DNA of 64,000 bases. It comes from Bilabrum cf. latius (taxonomy: Eukaryota). The translations under genes were made by a program, and so were the position numbers. This document shows, one piece after another, positions 1-13,200 of this stretch. Under the pieces are notes generated by a model. It was given only the letters and a program-made list of their open reading frames with translations, did no database searches and was not told the DNA's origin. How positions within the stretch are numbered: the first letter of the stretch is position 1; every line of letters starts with the position of its first letter. The stretch covers positions 124,001-188,000 of the forward strand of contig OZ237749.1 in assembly GCA_965178125.1 (NCBI GenBank), read 5' to 3'.

Positions 1-2347
1 TGCAGCAAGTACCTGATACAGCAGGCCTACATGGCGCAGGTTCAGCCCGTGGCTGTGCAGTGCGCGCTTGATAGCTCGTCGGAGACTGCGAGCATCAGCG
101 CGAAGTGGCCCACCATGCGCTGCACTGCCACTGGAAGTCTTGGCTGCATTGCGAGAATTCCTTAGCTATCCAAGCGCTGCGCATGCAGACGCTGCAGCTT
201 GTTGCAGGTTTGTTGGTCCAGTCAGAAGCTCGCAGACAGCAAACGCCCGTCGTTTCTCAGCCTCCAGCGTCTATGGAGTGCACCGACCTAGCATGAAAGC
301 ATCAGGGCTCACTCTGTCAGGAACATCTACCTTGTCTGCTGCAGCGAGTCGCTCCAGGTGCTTCTTCACGTCCGGCCGAAGCATGCAGGTCAAAACGCCA
401 GTCCCGCCGAAGTACCACGCAGGACAGGATGCGACGAAGACTGCACGCTTGCCCGAGCTGTGCCTGCCGTGCATGACCACGCAGCCGCACCCCCGATGCA
501 CCCCAACAATGCAGACCTCCGCGCCCTTTCTGTCCGCTGCTGAGCTGGTCGACTGTAGAACGCCCTCTTCGGAAGCCGCTGCAGCGCTGCAAAGATGCTT
601 GGTCGGGCTCCACACGCTCGACACAGCGTCGGCAATGGCCTTAGCAGAACCGCCCCCGGCGTCGAGGCACCTCTTCAGCGATGCCGGCAGCCGGGCATGG
701 AACATTCTAGGAGCCCACGATGCCGTTTCCTCCTCTTCCTCCACTCCAAATACAACAGGTGCTGTGCCGGGGTCTTTCTTGGCTGCCTGTATCCAGGCCA
801 TGTCTGGGATCAGCAGCCGGTGCGTGTCCAGCACCACCCTCTCCCCAGTGCCGAGCTGGTGGACCTCCACGTCGAACGGGAGCACCTAGGCGACACCTTC
901 CGGCGCGACCGGGCCATCGTAGCAGCGGGCTTGGGGAGAGCCCCGATAGAACTCGATGACTGTGCCAAGGTTAGCGCCTGATCGAAGGACTAGATCGGAG
1001 TGGTTGACCTTCCCGACCTCTTCACTGACGCTCGAGTCCGGATTCTAGAATTCCTCCTCCTCATTGGAAGCTGTGCTATCCGATATTGCATCGTGTGACT
1101 CTTGCGGAGCGCATGGATCCGTCAATCGGCTGATGCACAACGGCGACAGGCCCATGGCTCGCAGTATATCTGCAGTGGTTGGATAGTCAGTCCGCCGGTC
1201 CAGAGCCTCGAGCACCTCGCACAAAGTGGCTTCAGCTCCCGTTTCGGAGTCCTTTTCCAACACGTGCCTACTTGCATGTCCATCTCGGTCCTCAATGCCA
1301 GAATCACCGGGGCCACTTGCAGCCGTGCCAGCTGCTGATTCGACCGCGGCTGTGGCTAGCCCACTACTGCCAGCATCATCACCCGCAGCTGAGACAGGCT
1401 CCACCTCAACCCAGTGCTTCACCCAGCAAGAGGCACTCTAGTAGCCCCCATCCAGAGCCTTCAGGTGGAAGTGCTCGGCCAGGGGCAGCACCACGGCCTC
1501 GTCCTGCTCCTTGTCAACGTGCATCGTGTGGCCGCCGTCTGCAGAGCCGCAGCACAGCGTTGACTGGCACATCCACGACTGTCATCAGCGGGGTGTTGAA
1601 GTGCACGGTGTCGATCGCGTGCACGGCCGCCGCCGCGTTCACCTCCAGCTTGGTCGCTTTCGCCGCCAGCTCGTCACTCGGGTAGATGCCCAACCCATTG
1701 TCGGGAATCTTAAGGAATAGCCCGTGGCCTTCGTGCAGTGCCTTTGTGCCTCCTGCCATGCCGGAGGGGGCGGTGATGATCTTGATGCCCGCATGCAGCA
1801 CCTCGATGGAGCTGCCTTCGGCTGCGTGACGCCGCATGGCGGCAGGAAGGAGCAATGCGGCCTCCACCGCATCCTGCCTAAATTGATCCCCTACGGCTAG
1901 GATAGTCGCTGCTCTGGCCTGCGCTTCATACTTGTCTGCGGCGATGCGTTGCTTGGCGGCCACAAGCGCCGTCCACGGCGACCTGCCGGCTGGGCCCGTG
2001 GGGGGGCCTACCTCGGCATGCTCGATCTTCGGTGGAATTGACATCGTACATACTTCGCTAGAGCCTGCCCCGGATGCTGGCTCTGGCAGTTAGACGGGGG
2101 CCCTCGCGCCAGAACATTCGCCTGAATCTGCCGCCAGGTATGCCACTAGAGGTTCATACCCCTGACTCGGCAGAGCTTTGAACTGCTCTGCACATCTGGC
2201 CTGTGCGGATGCTTGTACTATATTGCGATCATTGATGGCCTCTTCGCCTGACATGGGACTGTATCCAGCTGCCACCAGCGGCTTTTCAACAGGGGCATCC
2301 GCGGAGACGGCAGAGTATTGCATTTTGTCATTCCTAGCGGTGTCCAT
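1..2347 (-). CDS. CLU (clustered-mitochondria) domain protein, 3'-truncated by the window edge; 5 in-frame TAGs and an apparent frameshift/deletion near 1565-1575 (possible pseudogene or assembly error)
   Basis: CLU-like motifs occur in order: AKATKLEV..FNTPLMTVVD, TLCCGSADGGHT, LAEHFHLK, LPFDVEVH..GERVVLDTHRLLIP, LRPD..VSPDAF, LHSHGLNLRHVGLL. In-frame TAGs at 1438, 1045, 886, 271 and 166 join ORFs 1045..1422 and 271..885 and extend the frame to base 1. Putative ATG at 2347 (gccgccATGg). In-frame TAA at 2090-2092 may be intronic or nonsense. Confidence 0.7.
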
Positions 2348-2756
2348 GGCGGCCGCTGCAACGATGCACAACTACGTTCTTCAATAGTTATCCTCTAGGC
2401 CTCTTTATGGAGCGAGTTTTGCTGGTATCCTCCACAGCTCGTACTGAAGCGATATCACCCAAGTGTATCCGGAACGGAATCCACTGTTCCTAAGCAGGCC
2501 TTGCGACCAAAATGTAACACCGTCGCAGGCCACAAGAGACTTCTAAGGTTTGGAGCTCAACCGAATCGCCCGACAGGTCTGAAGCACACACAGTGTGTGC
2601 GGTTGAATTCGTTGTTGCAGACCTGCAGGGCTACCAAGATTGCGGATCAACTCGAATGAGCCGACAGTCCCAGTATGCAGCACACTGAATGCACACCTGA
2701 GCCCTGCTTGTTCCCCGACTTCTTGATTGAGACTGAAGCTGCTAGAGTATCCACAG

Positions 2757-2776
2757 GAGAGAGAGAGAGAGAGAGA
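2757..2776. repeat. (GA)10 microsatellite
   Basis: Direct reading of the sequence. Confidence 0.9.
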
Positions 2777-3403
2777 AAATAGAGTTTTCGCACGCAATTC
2801 AATACCAGAGACAATCCGAGGACTGCCACAGGAAAACGCACGACACCTGTTCAAAGTTCCGGGTCTCAGCCTGGTGCTGCACCTTCACTTCTTATCTTCG
2901 CAAAGGACTTGCAGAAATCACTATTTTAGGATATTTATGCTTCACTGGAATTTGAACATGCAGTCTTTCCAGTCATGCAGTCGTTGACTGGTGCGTGGAT
3001 CGGCGGATCTCAGCAAAGGCAACAGCTCGGCTACACCACGTTGGATGGTCTATTCGTCAATCCAGAGCCTGAAGAGCCTACATCAAACCGCAGTTAGCTC
3101 ATACGCACTACATTGCAGCTTGCTGGTAGCTTCATGCCAATCTTCAAAAGAGCCGTAGAATTGGTGCCAGATGCCGGATCGGCTGCTCTTACGAGCGATG
3201 ATGAGCCGGCTAGAGCCACTAGGACATTACCGAGCATTGCCAGCACTATGTAATAATGGAGATCTCGCCAGGTAGGCCAACTGCTGGTACCAGCTTGCAT
3301 TGATCCATTTCCTTGCTTGCGACCTCAGGCACTAAGTGCCACAGTGCAGTGCAACAAAAGAAGAGGATGCGAGCATGATGCTCTGTTGTGTTGGACATTC
3401 AAG

Positions 3404-4699
3404 ATGTGCGGTGCGTGTCTTCAAAGGATGCGTCGTAGTTGCATCTGGTATTATGTTGTCATGATCTTGGCCATAGCATTGGTTTTGGAACTACTAGCGT
3501 CCATTCTAGAGGTCTACAACTCTTTCGAACTACCAGAAAGCGTCATGGCGTATCTTGGAATTCATTTTAGGACCGCGCTGAACATACATTTGCGCGTAAT
3601 TCAATGCTTTGCTACGTTTGAACTCATAGCATGCATTGCAGCTCGCGGCCGGACAATGTAGCAGAGAGCAGCCGCAGCAGCGCAGAATCTGCATCTGTGG
3701 AATTACTGCTTCGGCATTGACTGCAGCCGAAAATACTTGCTGGCAGCCGTTACAGCAATCACTGTTGTAGTTGCTACATGGTGCTTGCTTGCTAAATTGC
3801 ACTGTGACGAGAATGGGGACTGTGCCGAAGCCACTGGACATTTGCTACACAAGTTGGAGCAGGTGCTCGGCAGCTCTGCGGGAGTGATCACTGTGATTTC
3901 GACCATCCTCGACCAACTCTGGCCACCTGCTCTGCCTGCTCCAGCTGCTGCAGTGAACCCGCGCCAAGGCAACGCACCTGCTCTGCCTGCTCCAGCTGCT
4001 GCAGTGAACCCGCGCCAAGGCAACGCACCTGCTCTGCCTGCTCTGCCTGCTCCAGCTGCTGCAGTGAACCCGCGCCAAGGCAACGCACCTGCTCAAGGCA
4101 ACAGCCAGGCCCTTTAGCGCACTCTGGCTGTCAACGCAGGGGATTCTGTGGAGGTCGAGCGAGAGGTTGACCTCAATGAAGAAGAGCTTGAAGTGAATGG
4201 TGGCCTAGCCATAGCAGACGAGGGTCCCCAGACAGCTGAGAATCCGCCGCACGGCCAGCAAGCCCGAAGTGGAGCAGCAGCTGCAGCGACTGCTGAGGAG
4301 GACGCACGCATCATGGCTTCCCAGGCAGATGCAGCATTGGATGGATACAAAACTGTGCGTAACCCCATGCAGTTCCATGCCCACAAGCAAAGGCCCGCAA
4401 GCTTGTCAGCAGTTCGCCGCGCGATTCTTGCGATTCCCTTCGATCTTGTGCGGCGGCATCGGGCATCCATTGCGACCATCTCTCAGCACATGCGGGCTAT
4501 CCTGGGTATAGCAAGGCAGATGCAGGGGGGGCGAGGAATGGTTAGTATCGAGAATGAAATATTGGATCGAATCCTAGATTTCGCACGAGAGTTCGTGGGC
4601 AGCTTCGGCCACGACGATGGCGGCCGAGTGCTCCCAGCCACTTGGAACGCTCGAGTGCTTCGCCTTGAAGCTTTTGCAGAGGGATTGCCAGCGGAATGA
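3404..4699 (+). CDS. Hypothetical membrane protein (~431 aa) with 2 in-frame TAGs and an internal 17-aa repeat
   Basis: ORFs 3317..3661, 3737..4117 and 4148..4699 share one frame, are separated only by TAG (3659, 4115) and end at TGA 4697. Hydrophobic segments WYYVVMILAIALVLELLA and LLAAVTAITVVVATWCLLA. Confidence 0.6.
3924..4094 (+). repeat. Coding tandem repeat, 51-bp unit x3 (PALPAPAAAVNPRQGNA); third copy has 9 extra bp
   Basis: Unit cacctgctctgcctgctccagctgctgcagtgaacccgcgccaaggcaacg repeated head-to-tail with no spacers. Confidence 0.9.
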
Positions 4700-5023
4700 G
4701 GAAGCAGCTGGGCTTCCAACCATGTGTCGAACAGGTTGGATGCTGCATGTTTGGCAGCGTTCTGAGGAGTACCCGAGATGATGAGCGGCTGCTTTGACCC
4801 GTCCGTGTAAGGAAGACACAGATGTATCTCGTCAACACAACAATGACAACTGTGAGCATACAATCCATCCAACCCGCAAAACTATAACTCCGCTTTACTC
4901 ATGAATCATCGTGTGTGTTCAGCACAATCGGATAGCGGAGTGGGATACCTGTTAACAATACCACCACCATGAACCCGCCTTAACGCTGCACAAGCAGTAA
5001 AGCGCCACGCCAACCAGTGCCAA

Positions 5024-5752
5024 TCAGTCGACTTTCTTCCCTTCTGTTTCGAGCCGTTTGCATGAATACTGTGGTGATCCTACTTCGAACTCTGGCTCTG
5101 GCAAAGGCTTGCTAGCTCCAAATCCGAAGTACTCTACCAGAACCTCCATTGGTGCATACACGCACTCTGGGGTGGGATACACGCAGGTTTCCAGCCAATA
5201 CTTGGCAAGCTCTAAGTCGCCCCACTGTGGGTAGGCGCGCGACATGTTCCTGCGGCTGTTTCTTGCTGGCCAATCTACGTTGAGCACCTCCAAGAACTTG
5301 GCTCTCCTACGGGCCTCATGCTCGCCCAGCCACTCCAGTCGCATGTATAGTAATTCCTTTCCCAGCTTCAGGTTGTCGTATATCAACCGTGAATGCGTGG
5401 TCAACAGCGCTACGTGGCCCTACAAATACTTGACAAGTACTTGCTCGCAGCGAATCGACACTGTGATGCCATCCCGAAGCTCGATGGAGCGGAACCCGAC
5501 TGTAGGTTGGGGTACATAAACCACCCTCTTGTCCTCGGGTCTGATGGCTTCTGCTGCGTGATCCGATGGCCTGCTCAGCCGCAACTTTCTGCGTTTCAGC
5601 GTCTGGCCACCGCGCTTGCTCAAAACCAATGACATGTTGCCGCTGTCAGAAACTGCTAAAGCAAAGCATGTCTGCAGCGATTTGACTATCAATGGGGAAG
5701 AAGATGCATCATTTAGCTTAATGTCTATGCCCCTGGTGAAGCCGGAGTGCAT
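5024..5752 (-). CDS. Hypothetical protein (~242 aa) with 1 in-frame TAG; 5' end uncertain
   Basis: ORFs 5420..5752 and 5024..5404 are in frame, joined by TAG at 5420-5422, and end at TGA 5024. No recognisable domain. Confidence 0.35.
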
Positions 5753-6079
5753 TTCTAAACAGCACGCAACTGGTTGAATCCCTGCCCTTGCGCCCTTGGC
5801 CCTTTGCCGCGTGAGCCTGGTATTCTGGTATAATTATGTGCCTGTGACGCCTGAGGCTGTTGTACGATACATTGACGTCGGTGCAATTCACATAATTCAC
5901 GTTGCCAATGCCCTTCGTGAGGCCGCAGGCGATTCCCAACTGCAACCTGTGGTGGACGAACCGGAACAACTGGTGGCGGCATGCAGACAGCACCAAAGAA
6001 GCTGGGCACATGCAGCGCTAGGGTACTACCAATCTCTGTGTTGATACCTGTCAGCCCTGGCAAGAATCTCACCTCACAT

Positions 6080-6171
6080 GAGCAGTCGTCACCCCAGCTA
6101 GCCAGGCAATCACACTCTCTCATAACACGAGCAGTCGTCACCCCAGCTAGCCAGGCAATCACACTCTCTCA
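6080..6171. repeat. 43-bp perfect direct repeat x2 (6080-6122, 6129-6171)
   Basis: gagcagtcgtcaccccagctagccaggcaatcacactctctca occurs twice with a 6-bp spacer. The second copy includes the TGA stop of the neighbouring minus-strand gene. Confidence 0.9.
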
Positions 6172-9100
6172 CCCACTGGCAGGGTGCGACTGCAGCCAGG
6201 CCCGTCCTGCCGCCGCGCCCCCTCCCCGCCCTCGATCCACCGCCGCACTGTAGCTGCTGCCCGCACCAGCACCTGCCCTCACGGACCCCGCCCTCGTCAC
6301 ACCCCCAATCGCACCACCGGTACCCTGCGGCCAGCCGGCCTCTATCACTCCCCTCTCAAGGTCCCGACTGGCTGCACCGGCCTATCGAGGCACGCCCGCA
6401 GCTCCCCTACCCGACACGTCCGCCCGCAGCCGCAACCAGCCCGCCGCCTCCCTCGCCGTCAGCAAAGGCGCCCGAGGCGGCAGGGCCAAGGCCTCCCCCA
6501 CGGATGGAGCAGCCAGCAGCGCCGCGCCCTCCCTCAGCCTACCGAAGGCGATCCGCACGGCACCCTGCGCCGACACTTCCTGGCCCTGGCCCTGGCCCTT
6601 GCCCTGGCCCCGTGAGGACGGAGGTACCTGCAGCCCGCTCCTGTCGCCATGTCCGCCACGGGTCGCTGATGGCCGGCCGCCCGACGCACCGGCAGCCGCC
6701 AGCGGCCCCGCCCCCGCAGCGGCCCGCAGGCAGGCCGTGTCTATCGGCTCCGGATCCAGCCTAGCTCGCCTGCGGAACATCCCCTGCGCCGCGCGCACCC
6801 TGGCCGCGAGCAGCAGCCCCGCTGACTCATCCACCGCGGGCCCCCGCAGCACCTCCCGGGCCCAGCCGCGGGCCAGCATGCCTGCGGCCGAGGCCACCAC
6901 CGCGCCGCGGGCCCCCGGCACCAACCGTGCGACGCAAGCGTCCAGCGTCGTACCCTCGATGGCGTGCTGCACCAGCGCTTGCAGCACCGGATCATCGTGC
7001 ACGAGGGCCAGCAGGGCCCGGGGGGGCGCCAGCGAGCCATCCTGGGCCCGTGACTGCATGCCTCCTGTGGGTGTGGGTGTGGATGTGGATGTGCCGGCCG
7101 CAGGAGGAGGGCAGGACGTATCGGCTCGGTTCCCTCTCCTGCCCCTGCCGGCGCGGGGGGGAGACCCACCCCCACCCCGGGGCTCTCTGCCCACCCCTGC
7201 CAGCTCGGCGGGCAGCAGCAGCGTCTCGAGGTCCTGAGCTGCCTCGTCTGCCCTGGCCAGCTCGGATGCGTCGAAGGCGGAGGACTCGAGAGACACGGGC
7301 GAGCTAAAGGGCGAGGGCGGGGGTGCCCCCGCGGCACTTTGGGCCGCATGTCTGCCACCATCACCATCGGTGCCACGCACTGCCGGTGCCTGCGGTGGTT
7401 CATCATCGCCCTGATGCTGGCTGGTAGCACCTTCCGCACGCACAGCCGCCAGGAATTCTCCCAGCGCGCCTCGCAGCAGCGCGCCCGCTGCCTGCTCTGC
7501 TGCCATAGCCCGCATGTCCACCAGTGAGGCATGGGAGCGCCCCATGGACTCAATCGATCGGAGAACAGCATCCACGCCGGCCCCACCCAATGTCAATCCC
7601 GGTCCAGATCCATATCCCAAGCCAGCACCTGCAGGCTGTGCCTTTGCCTGTGCCTATGCCTATGCCTCTCTCGACCTAGGCCCCGATCCGGGGGCGCGTC
7701 GCTTCCCCGATGAAGAACCGGGTGCCGATCCGGACCCGGACTCCGGCGCCCCCTCCCGCCCTTGTTCACTGCATGCATCCTGTTCCCTGAGGTACTCCTC
7801 CGCAGACTCACAGGGCATGGGAAGCACTGCCGCCGCCTCCGCCCAGGCACGCTCCACCAGCACCTCCCCGAAATCGCCAGCCAGCCACAGCGTGTTCAGG
7901 CACGCGGGTGCACTGCACGACAGTCGCAGAGGACCCAGCCGAAGCAGCGCCTGCTCCGCGGGATGACGCACGGCGCCACTCCCGGCGTACGCGCCAGCGG
8001 AATCTCCGCCGCTACCTCCCAGCAGCAGGTCCCCATCGCCCTCGCCCTCGTCTTCGTCCATGTAGCCATCGCTGTCCTCGCCGTCGTCCGCATCCCCACC
8101 CAGCGCGCCCATAACCATACCGAAGAGAGAGCTCCCCACGTCCCTGGCCGCTCGCCCATTGCCACCACCGGTCGCCCCGTCCCCGTCCCCGTCCCCGTCC
8201 CCTGTTCCCCTGCCTACGGAACCCTTGCCAGGCCCGCCCCCACCCTCACCCCCATCCACCCCAGCACCCACGCCGACAGCCGGGTGCCCCTCTGCCTCCC
8301 TCTCCCGCGCGAGCTCCTCCAGTCGAACAGCCCAATCCTGGGCCCCTGCCCACGCCTGCGCCGCCTCCAGCAGCACGCCTGTGTCCTGCAGCTCCCCCGC
8401 CCCCTTGGACAGCACCCGCCCCACTGACAGCACGTCGGACTCCCATGCCCTCGCCACTGCAGCCAGGCCCCCCGCCACCGCGGGAGCCATCGTGGCCCCT
8501 GCCGCCCTCGCTGCCGCATGACCCAGAGCAAAAAAACCTTCGTCTGCCCAACTCCCCACCAGCGGCCCCGTCAGACGGTGGGCGGGCACTCCACCCAGCT
8601 GCAGCCCCGCCGGCTGCTCCCCTGCCCCCTCCGCAGCAGGCAGCACCATCCGCGCGCCGCCACCCGTCCCTGCAACCGCGCCCCCTTCCGTCTCCCACTG
8701 GGCCAGCAAGCCCCCCGCGTCCCTGCCTGCGGGCCTCCACTCCCCCCTGCGCAGCGCTGCAGTCAGCGCACCCCTGCAGCTGCTTTCCTCCACGGCCGCG
8801 TAGGACCCTGCCATGCTCAGCGCAGCGGCTACCAGCCTGCCCTCTGCGTGTGACGAGTGCGTTGCACCCGCCGGACACCCCGTCCCAGCAGCAGACCCCT
8901 GCCCCCAGGCCCCGGTCGCCACCCCCGCAGCCACGGCTCTGCTGGGCTCGTGCACGCCGCCCCGCCCCAGCGCCGCCCCCGCCACCCGCAGGTACCTCTC
9001 GGTGAGTTGCAGGGCAAAGGCAGCCCGGTCCGCAGCAGCAGAGGGGTCGTCGGTCGCCACAGACATACCGTCTGACTGCGCCCCTGCGACAACAGCACCA

Positions 9101-9948
9101 GCACCAGCACCAGCACCAGCACCAGCACCAGCACCAGCACCAGCACCAGCACCAGCAGCAGCAGCAGATGGGCTGGGAGGCAGCCCGGTCTGTTGGCTGC
9201 AGAGGACTAGCACGTCGGCGGCGTGCCGGGCGCACTCCTCATGCAGCCGCGCCGCGACGCCCATCCTCGCCTTCGCCGAGGCATCCAGCTGCGCCACCTG
9301 CTGCAGCCAGGCTCCTGCCGTGGACAAGAGCTCATAGAGGCCCCTCTCGCAAGGCTGCTCGTCCCAGCCGGCGTCGTCCTCGTCTTCCGGCTGCTCGCAC
9401 AGGCCAGTATCCATCTGGCTCGAGGCGGCTGGGGCAGCGACGTTACCGTGCTTTCGTGTAATACCACTTTCGGCGGACTGCAGCCGCACAGAGTCAAGAC
9501 GAGCCCTGATCTGCATCGCGCTCTCTACAAAATCATCGATTGCACGCTTCCCAAACAGTTCTGTGGCGCCTTGAGCTCCAAGACGGGAGCCCAGCGTCCA
9601 TAATACCCTCAGCTAGTCTGGACTGGGCATGTTTGCACCACTTGCTTGCATCTTGCGAAGAATCTCAGCAGCTATTTTCTGCTTTGTCCCCCTTAGAATC
9701 TCTTGCTGCAACTCAATCGCCGTTCTTGCCTGGTCTCTCGACGACGCCACGGCTTTCGAGCCATCATACCCTCCCATCAAAAGCTCTGATCGATACTTTG
9801 CATCGTATGACCGCTTGATGCTGCGCAAAATAGATTCAAGGGCCTCTAAACGCTATATTGCGTCTGAAATACGCCCTTCTCCGTGATCCTGCATGATGTC
9901 ACCCAGCCTACGCCCGAACTCTTCATTGCTGATTGCAAGGTCGGCCAT
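6169..9948 (-). CDS. Hypothetical Ala/Gly-rich protein (~1259 aa) with a helical/coiled-coil-like N-terminus; 5 in-frame TAGs
   Basis: ORFs 9613..9828, 7660..9516 and 6382..7620 are one frame interrupted only by TAG (9853, 9613, 7660, 7654, 6382). ATG at 9948 with upstream in-frame TAA at 9961. Ends at TGA 6169-6171. Confidence 0.75.
9093..9152. repeat. (CAGCAC)10 hexamer repeat encoding (Gly-Ala)n on the minus strand
   Basis: Direct reading; translates as AGAGAGAG in the 6169..9948 gene. Confidence 0.9.
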
Positions 9949-10206
9949 TATATGCAAGGTTTATCCATGATCCTGGCGGAAAGCTCAGGATCTTGTCTTT
10001 CTGTGCAGAATTTGTTGTTACGTGTATTTTGAAATAAGTAACGTGTACTATTATATAATCAGATGCCAGCTTGCTCGTCGCGGACTCAGACGGCTCCAAG
10101 CTTAGGGGTCTAAGTTGTGCATTTGTTTGTACAACCGGGTGTAACTTCGGGCTCATTTGCCTCCCTTTCGGTGACCTGAGGCTCTTTTAGCTTAAAGAGA
10201 CGCACC

Positions 10207-13200
10207 ATGGCGACGTTCGAACCTGGGGTGAGACTCTTGCTGTACGGAATCACCGCATCCTGTACTCTTTGTGCGCTCCTGCTGGAACTGAAGGTTCCAA
10301 ATGTGTTTATTGTAGACCAATTAATACTAGACGAGCTGGAAATCTCTGATAATGGCTGGTTTAGTTGTGTATTTGCTTGTACGAACAATGGTGGTCGCCA
10401 CGACACCTGTCGAGCGCCATTATTTGACCGTCTCTTCTACACGAGAGCGCCATTTGAATGCCACATCTAGCAAGATATAGCTCGCTGGTTGGCACTACGG
10501 CGCGGCGTGCAGGCTGCATCACCGGTATGCTTGCGCCGCGCCAATCGCTGGATCTTGGCGCATCGGCATGAGTTCCGCTCCTGTTTGAGTGCTTGTAGAT
10601 CCGCAGAATGATGTGGATAGTTTGTATGCTTACGATTGCGTGCAGCCTCGCGACAATAGCTGTTATCAAACCGTACCATGGCTCCTTCCGCAGTCGTACG
10701 TTTGGTTCATCCATCCGGAAGACAAATGGCAGTACGGCAAAGTACTTAAGGCTTTTAAGCCCGGGGAGGAGGGAAAGGTGAAGCTTGAAGACGATTCTGA
10801 GTTCAAGATCACCAAGAAGCTGAGCAGCGAGTGCGTGGTGTGCGACGAGGAGCAGCTTGTAGCGCAGGAGAATCTCGTCAAGATGAACAACCTGAACGAG
10901 CCGGTGATTTTGCACAACTTGCGCGCTCGGTTCAAGGGAGACAAGATCTACACGTATATCGGGAACATCCTGATCGCTGTGAACCCGTTCAAGATGCTGC
11001 CCATCTACACTCCGGAGATCCTCGAGAAGTATAAGGACGGCGGATCCCGCAACCAGCCGCCCCACATTTACGCGATTGCCGATTACGCGTACAGCAACAT
11101 GCTTGCTGATAATGCCGATCAGTCGGTAGTGATTTCTGGCGAGTCCGGTGCGGGAAAGACGGAGACGATGAAGCTGGTGCTCCAGTTCCTGGCCGAGGCC
11201 TCCGGGCGAGCGTCCAAAAACAAGGAGGGCGGGTCGACGGAGAGCCTCGAGCAGCAGATCCTCAAGTCAAACCCCGTAATGGAGGCCTTCGGCAATGCCA
11301 AGACGACCCGCAACAACAACTCCTCCCGGTTCGGTAAGTGGACGGAGGTGCTCTTCAACCCCCAGGGGGCCATCGTGGGCGGGTCCATCATCAACTACCT
11401 CCTCGAGAAGTCCAGGATCGTATTCCAGGCCAAGGACGAGAGGAACTACCACATCTTCTACCAGCTGTTCGCCGGCGCGGAGGTGCACAAGGAGATGAAG
11501 AAGGACTTCAAGCTGTCGGAGCTCAACGACTACCACTACACGAACCAGAGCGGGGTCACCACGGTGGACACGATCAACGACGAGAAGGAGTACGTTGACC
11601 TCATGACCGCTTGCGACGTGCTCAAGATGTCGGACGAGGAGAAGGACTACCTCATGAGGACCACTGCCGCGGTGCTGTGGCTGGGCAATGTCGAGTTCCA
11701 GGGGGAGGGCGGGGACGACGAGACGTCGGAGATCAAGACCAAGCCCGCGCTCAAGGAGGCCGCCAGGCTCTTCAAGGTGGACGAGGCGGGACTGATCAAG
11801 TGCCTCACCAAGAAGCTCATCACGGGCTCCACCTTCAAGAACTACAGCGTGAGCGCTGCCAACGACGCGAGGGACTCCTTGGCCAAGGCCATCTACTCGC
11901 AGATGTTCGACTGGATCATCAGGAGGATCAACGTGGTGCTGGGAGGGGCCGTCATCAAGAAAGAGGCGGCTGAGTCGGGCGGCAAGATCAAGCTTACCCA
12001 CATCGGCGTGCTGGACATCTTCGGGTTCGAGTACTTCGACACCAACTCGTTCGAGCAGCTGTGCATCAACTTCTGCAACGAGAAGCTGCAGTTCCACTTC
12101 AACGAGCACATCTTCAAGCTGGAGCAGAAGGAGTACGAGAGCGAGGGTATCGACGTGGCCGCCATCCAGTTCAAGGACAACCAGCCCACGCTGGATCTGA
12201 TCGAGCTCAAGACGACGGGCATCCTTGCCATGATCGACGAGGAGATCAACGTGCCCAAGGGAAGCGACACATCGCTGCTAGCCAAGCTCCTCAAGAAGCA
12301 CGCCAAGCACCCCAACTTCGCCAAGCCCAAGCCCAAGGAGAAGGACAGCCGCAAGGTGTTCAAGGTGTTGCACTACGCCGCCGAGGTGCCCTACAACGTC
12401 ACCAACTTCCTCGACAAGAACAGGGACGCGCTCGCCCCCGACATCTGCCAGGTGCTCATCGCCTCCGAGAGCAAGTTCTGCAGCGACCTAATGACCCTCG
12501 AGCTGGGCGGAGGCTCCGGCGGCAAGAAGAAGAAGAGGGGCGGCAGCAAGGCCACGCTGGGCTCCAAGTTCAAGAAGTCCCTGCAGGACCTCATCGTGCG
12601 GCTCAACGCGACGGACCCCCAGTTCGTGCGGTGCATGAAGCCCAACCACGCCAAGAAGGGCGGCATCTTCACCTCGGACGTCATGCTGGACCAGCTCAGG
12701 AACGCAGGGCTGCTCGAGGTGTGCAGGATCCGGCAGATCGGGTACCCCGTGCGCAAGAAGTTCGACGACTTCGTGTTCCGGTACCGCTGCCTGGACCTGC
12801 TGGCCGCGGCCAAGGGGCACAAGGAGCTGCTGGACGCGCTGACTGAGAAGGGCATCGCCAAGAAGGGCGAGTGGCAGATCGGGCACTCGAAGGTGTTCAT
12901 GCGCAACCTGCAGCAGTCCCAGCTCGAGGAGGCCCGCGAGCACTCCCTCAAGGGCGTCGTGGCAAAGATCCAGACGGCGGCCAGGGGCTACATCATCTGG
13001 AACAGGGCCAAGCGCTGGGCGGAGATCATCGGCCGCATCCGCAAGGCCCTCGCCACCCGCACGGAGGAGGCCCTCAACGAGGCCCTGGGAGACCAGCCCG
13101 AGCTGCCACTGGGCGGCGGCCACCTGGCAGTGGTCAAGGAGGCACGCACCCTGCTGGAGCGGCTGGCCGAGGAGCGTCGCGTGCTGGGACTCATCACAGA

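Noticed and set aside
3094-3300. 68-aa minus-strand ORF with a hydrophobic segment
   Set aside because: Too short and without homology clues. It could be an exon, but I cannot support a gene model.
3924-4094. CRISPR-like array
   Set aside because: Head-to-tail in-frame coding repeats with no unique spacers, in a eukaryotic context with no cas genes.
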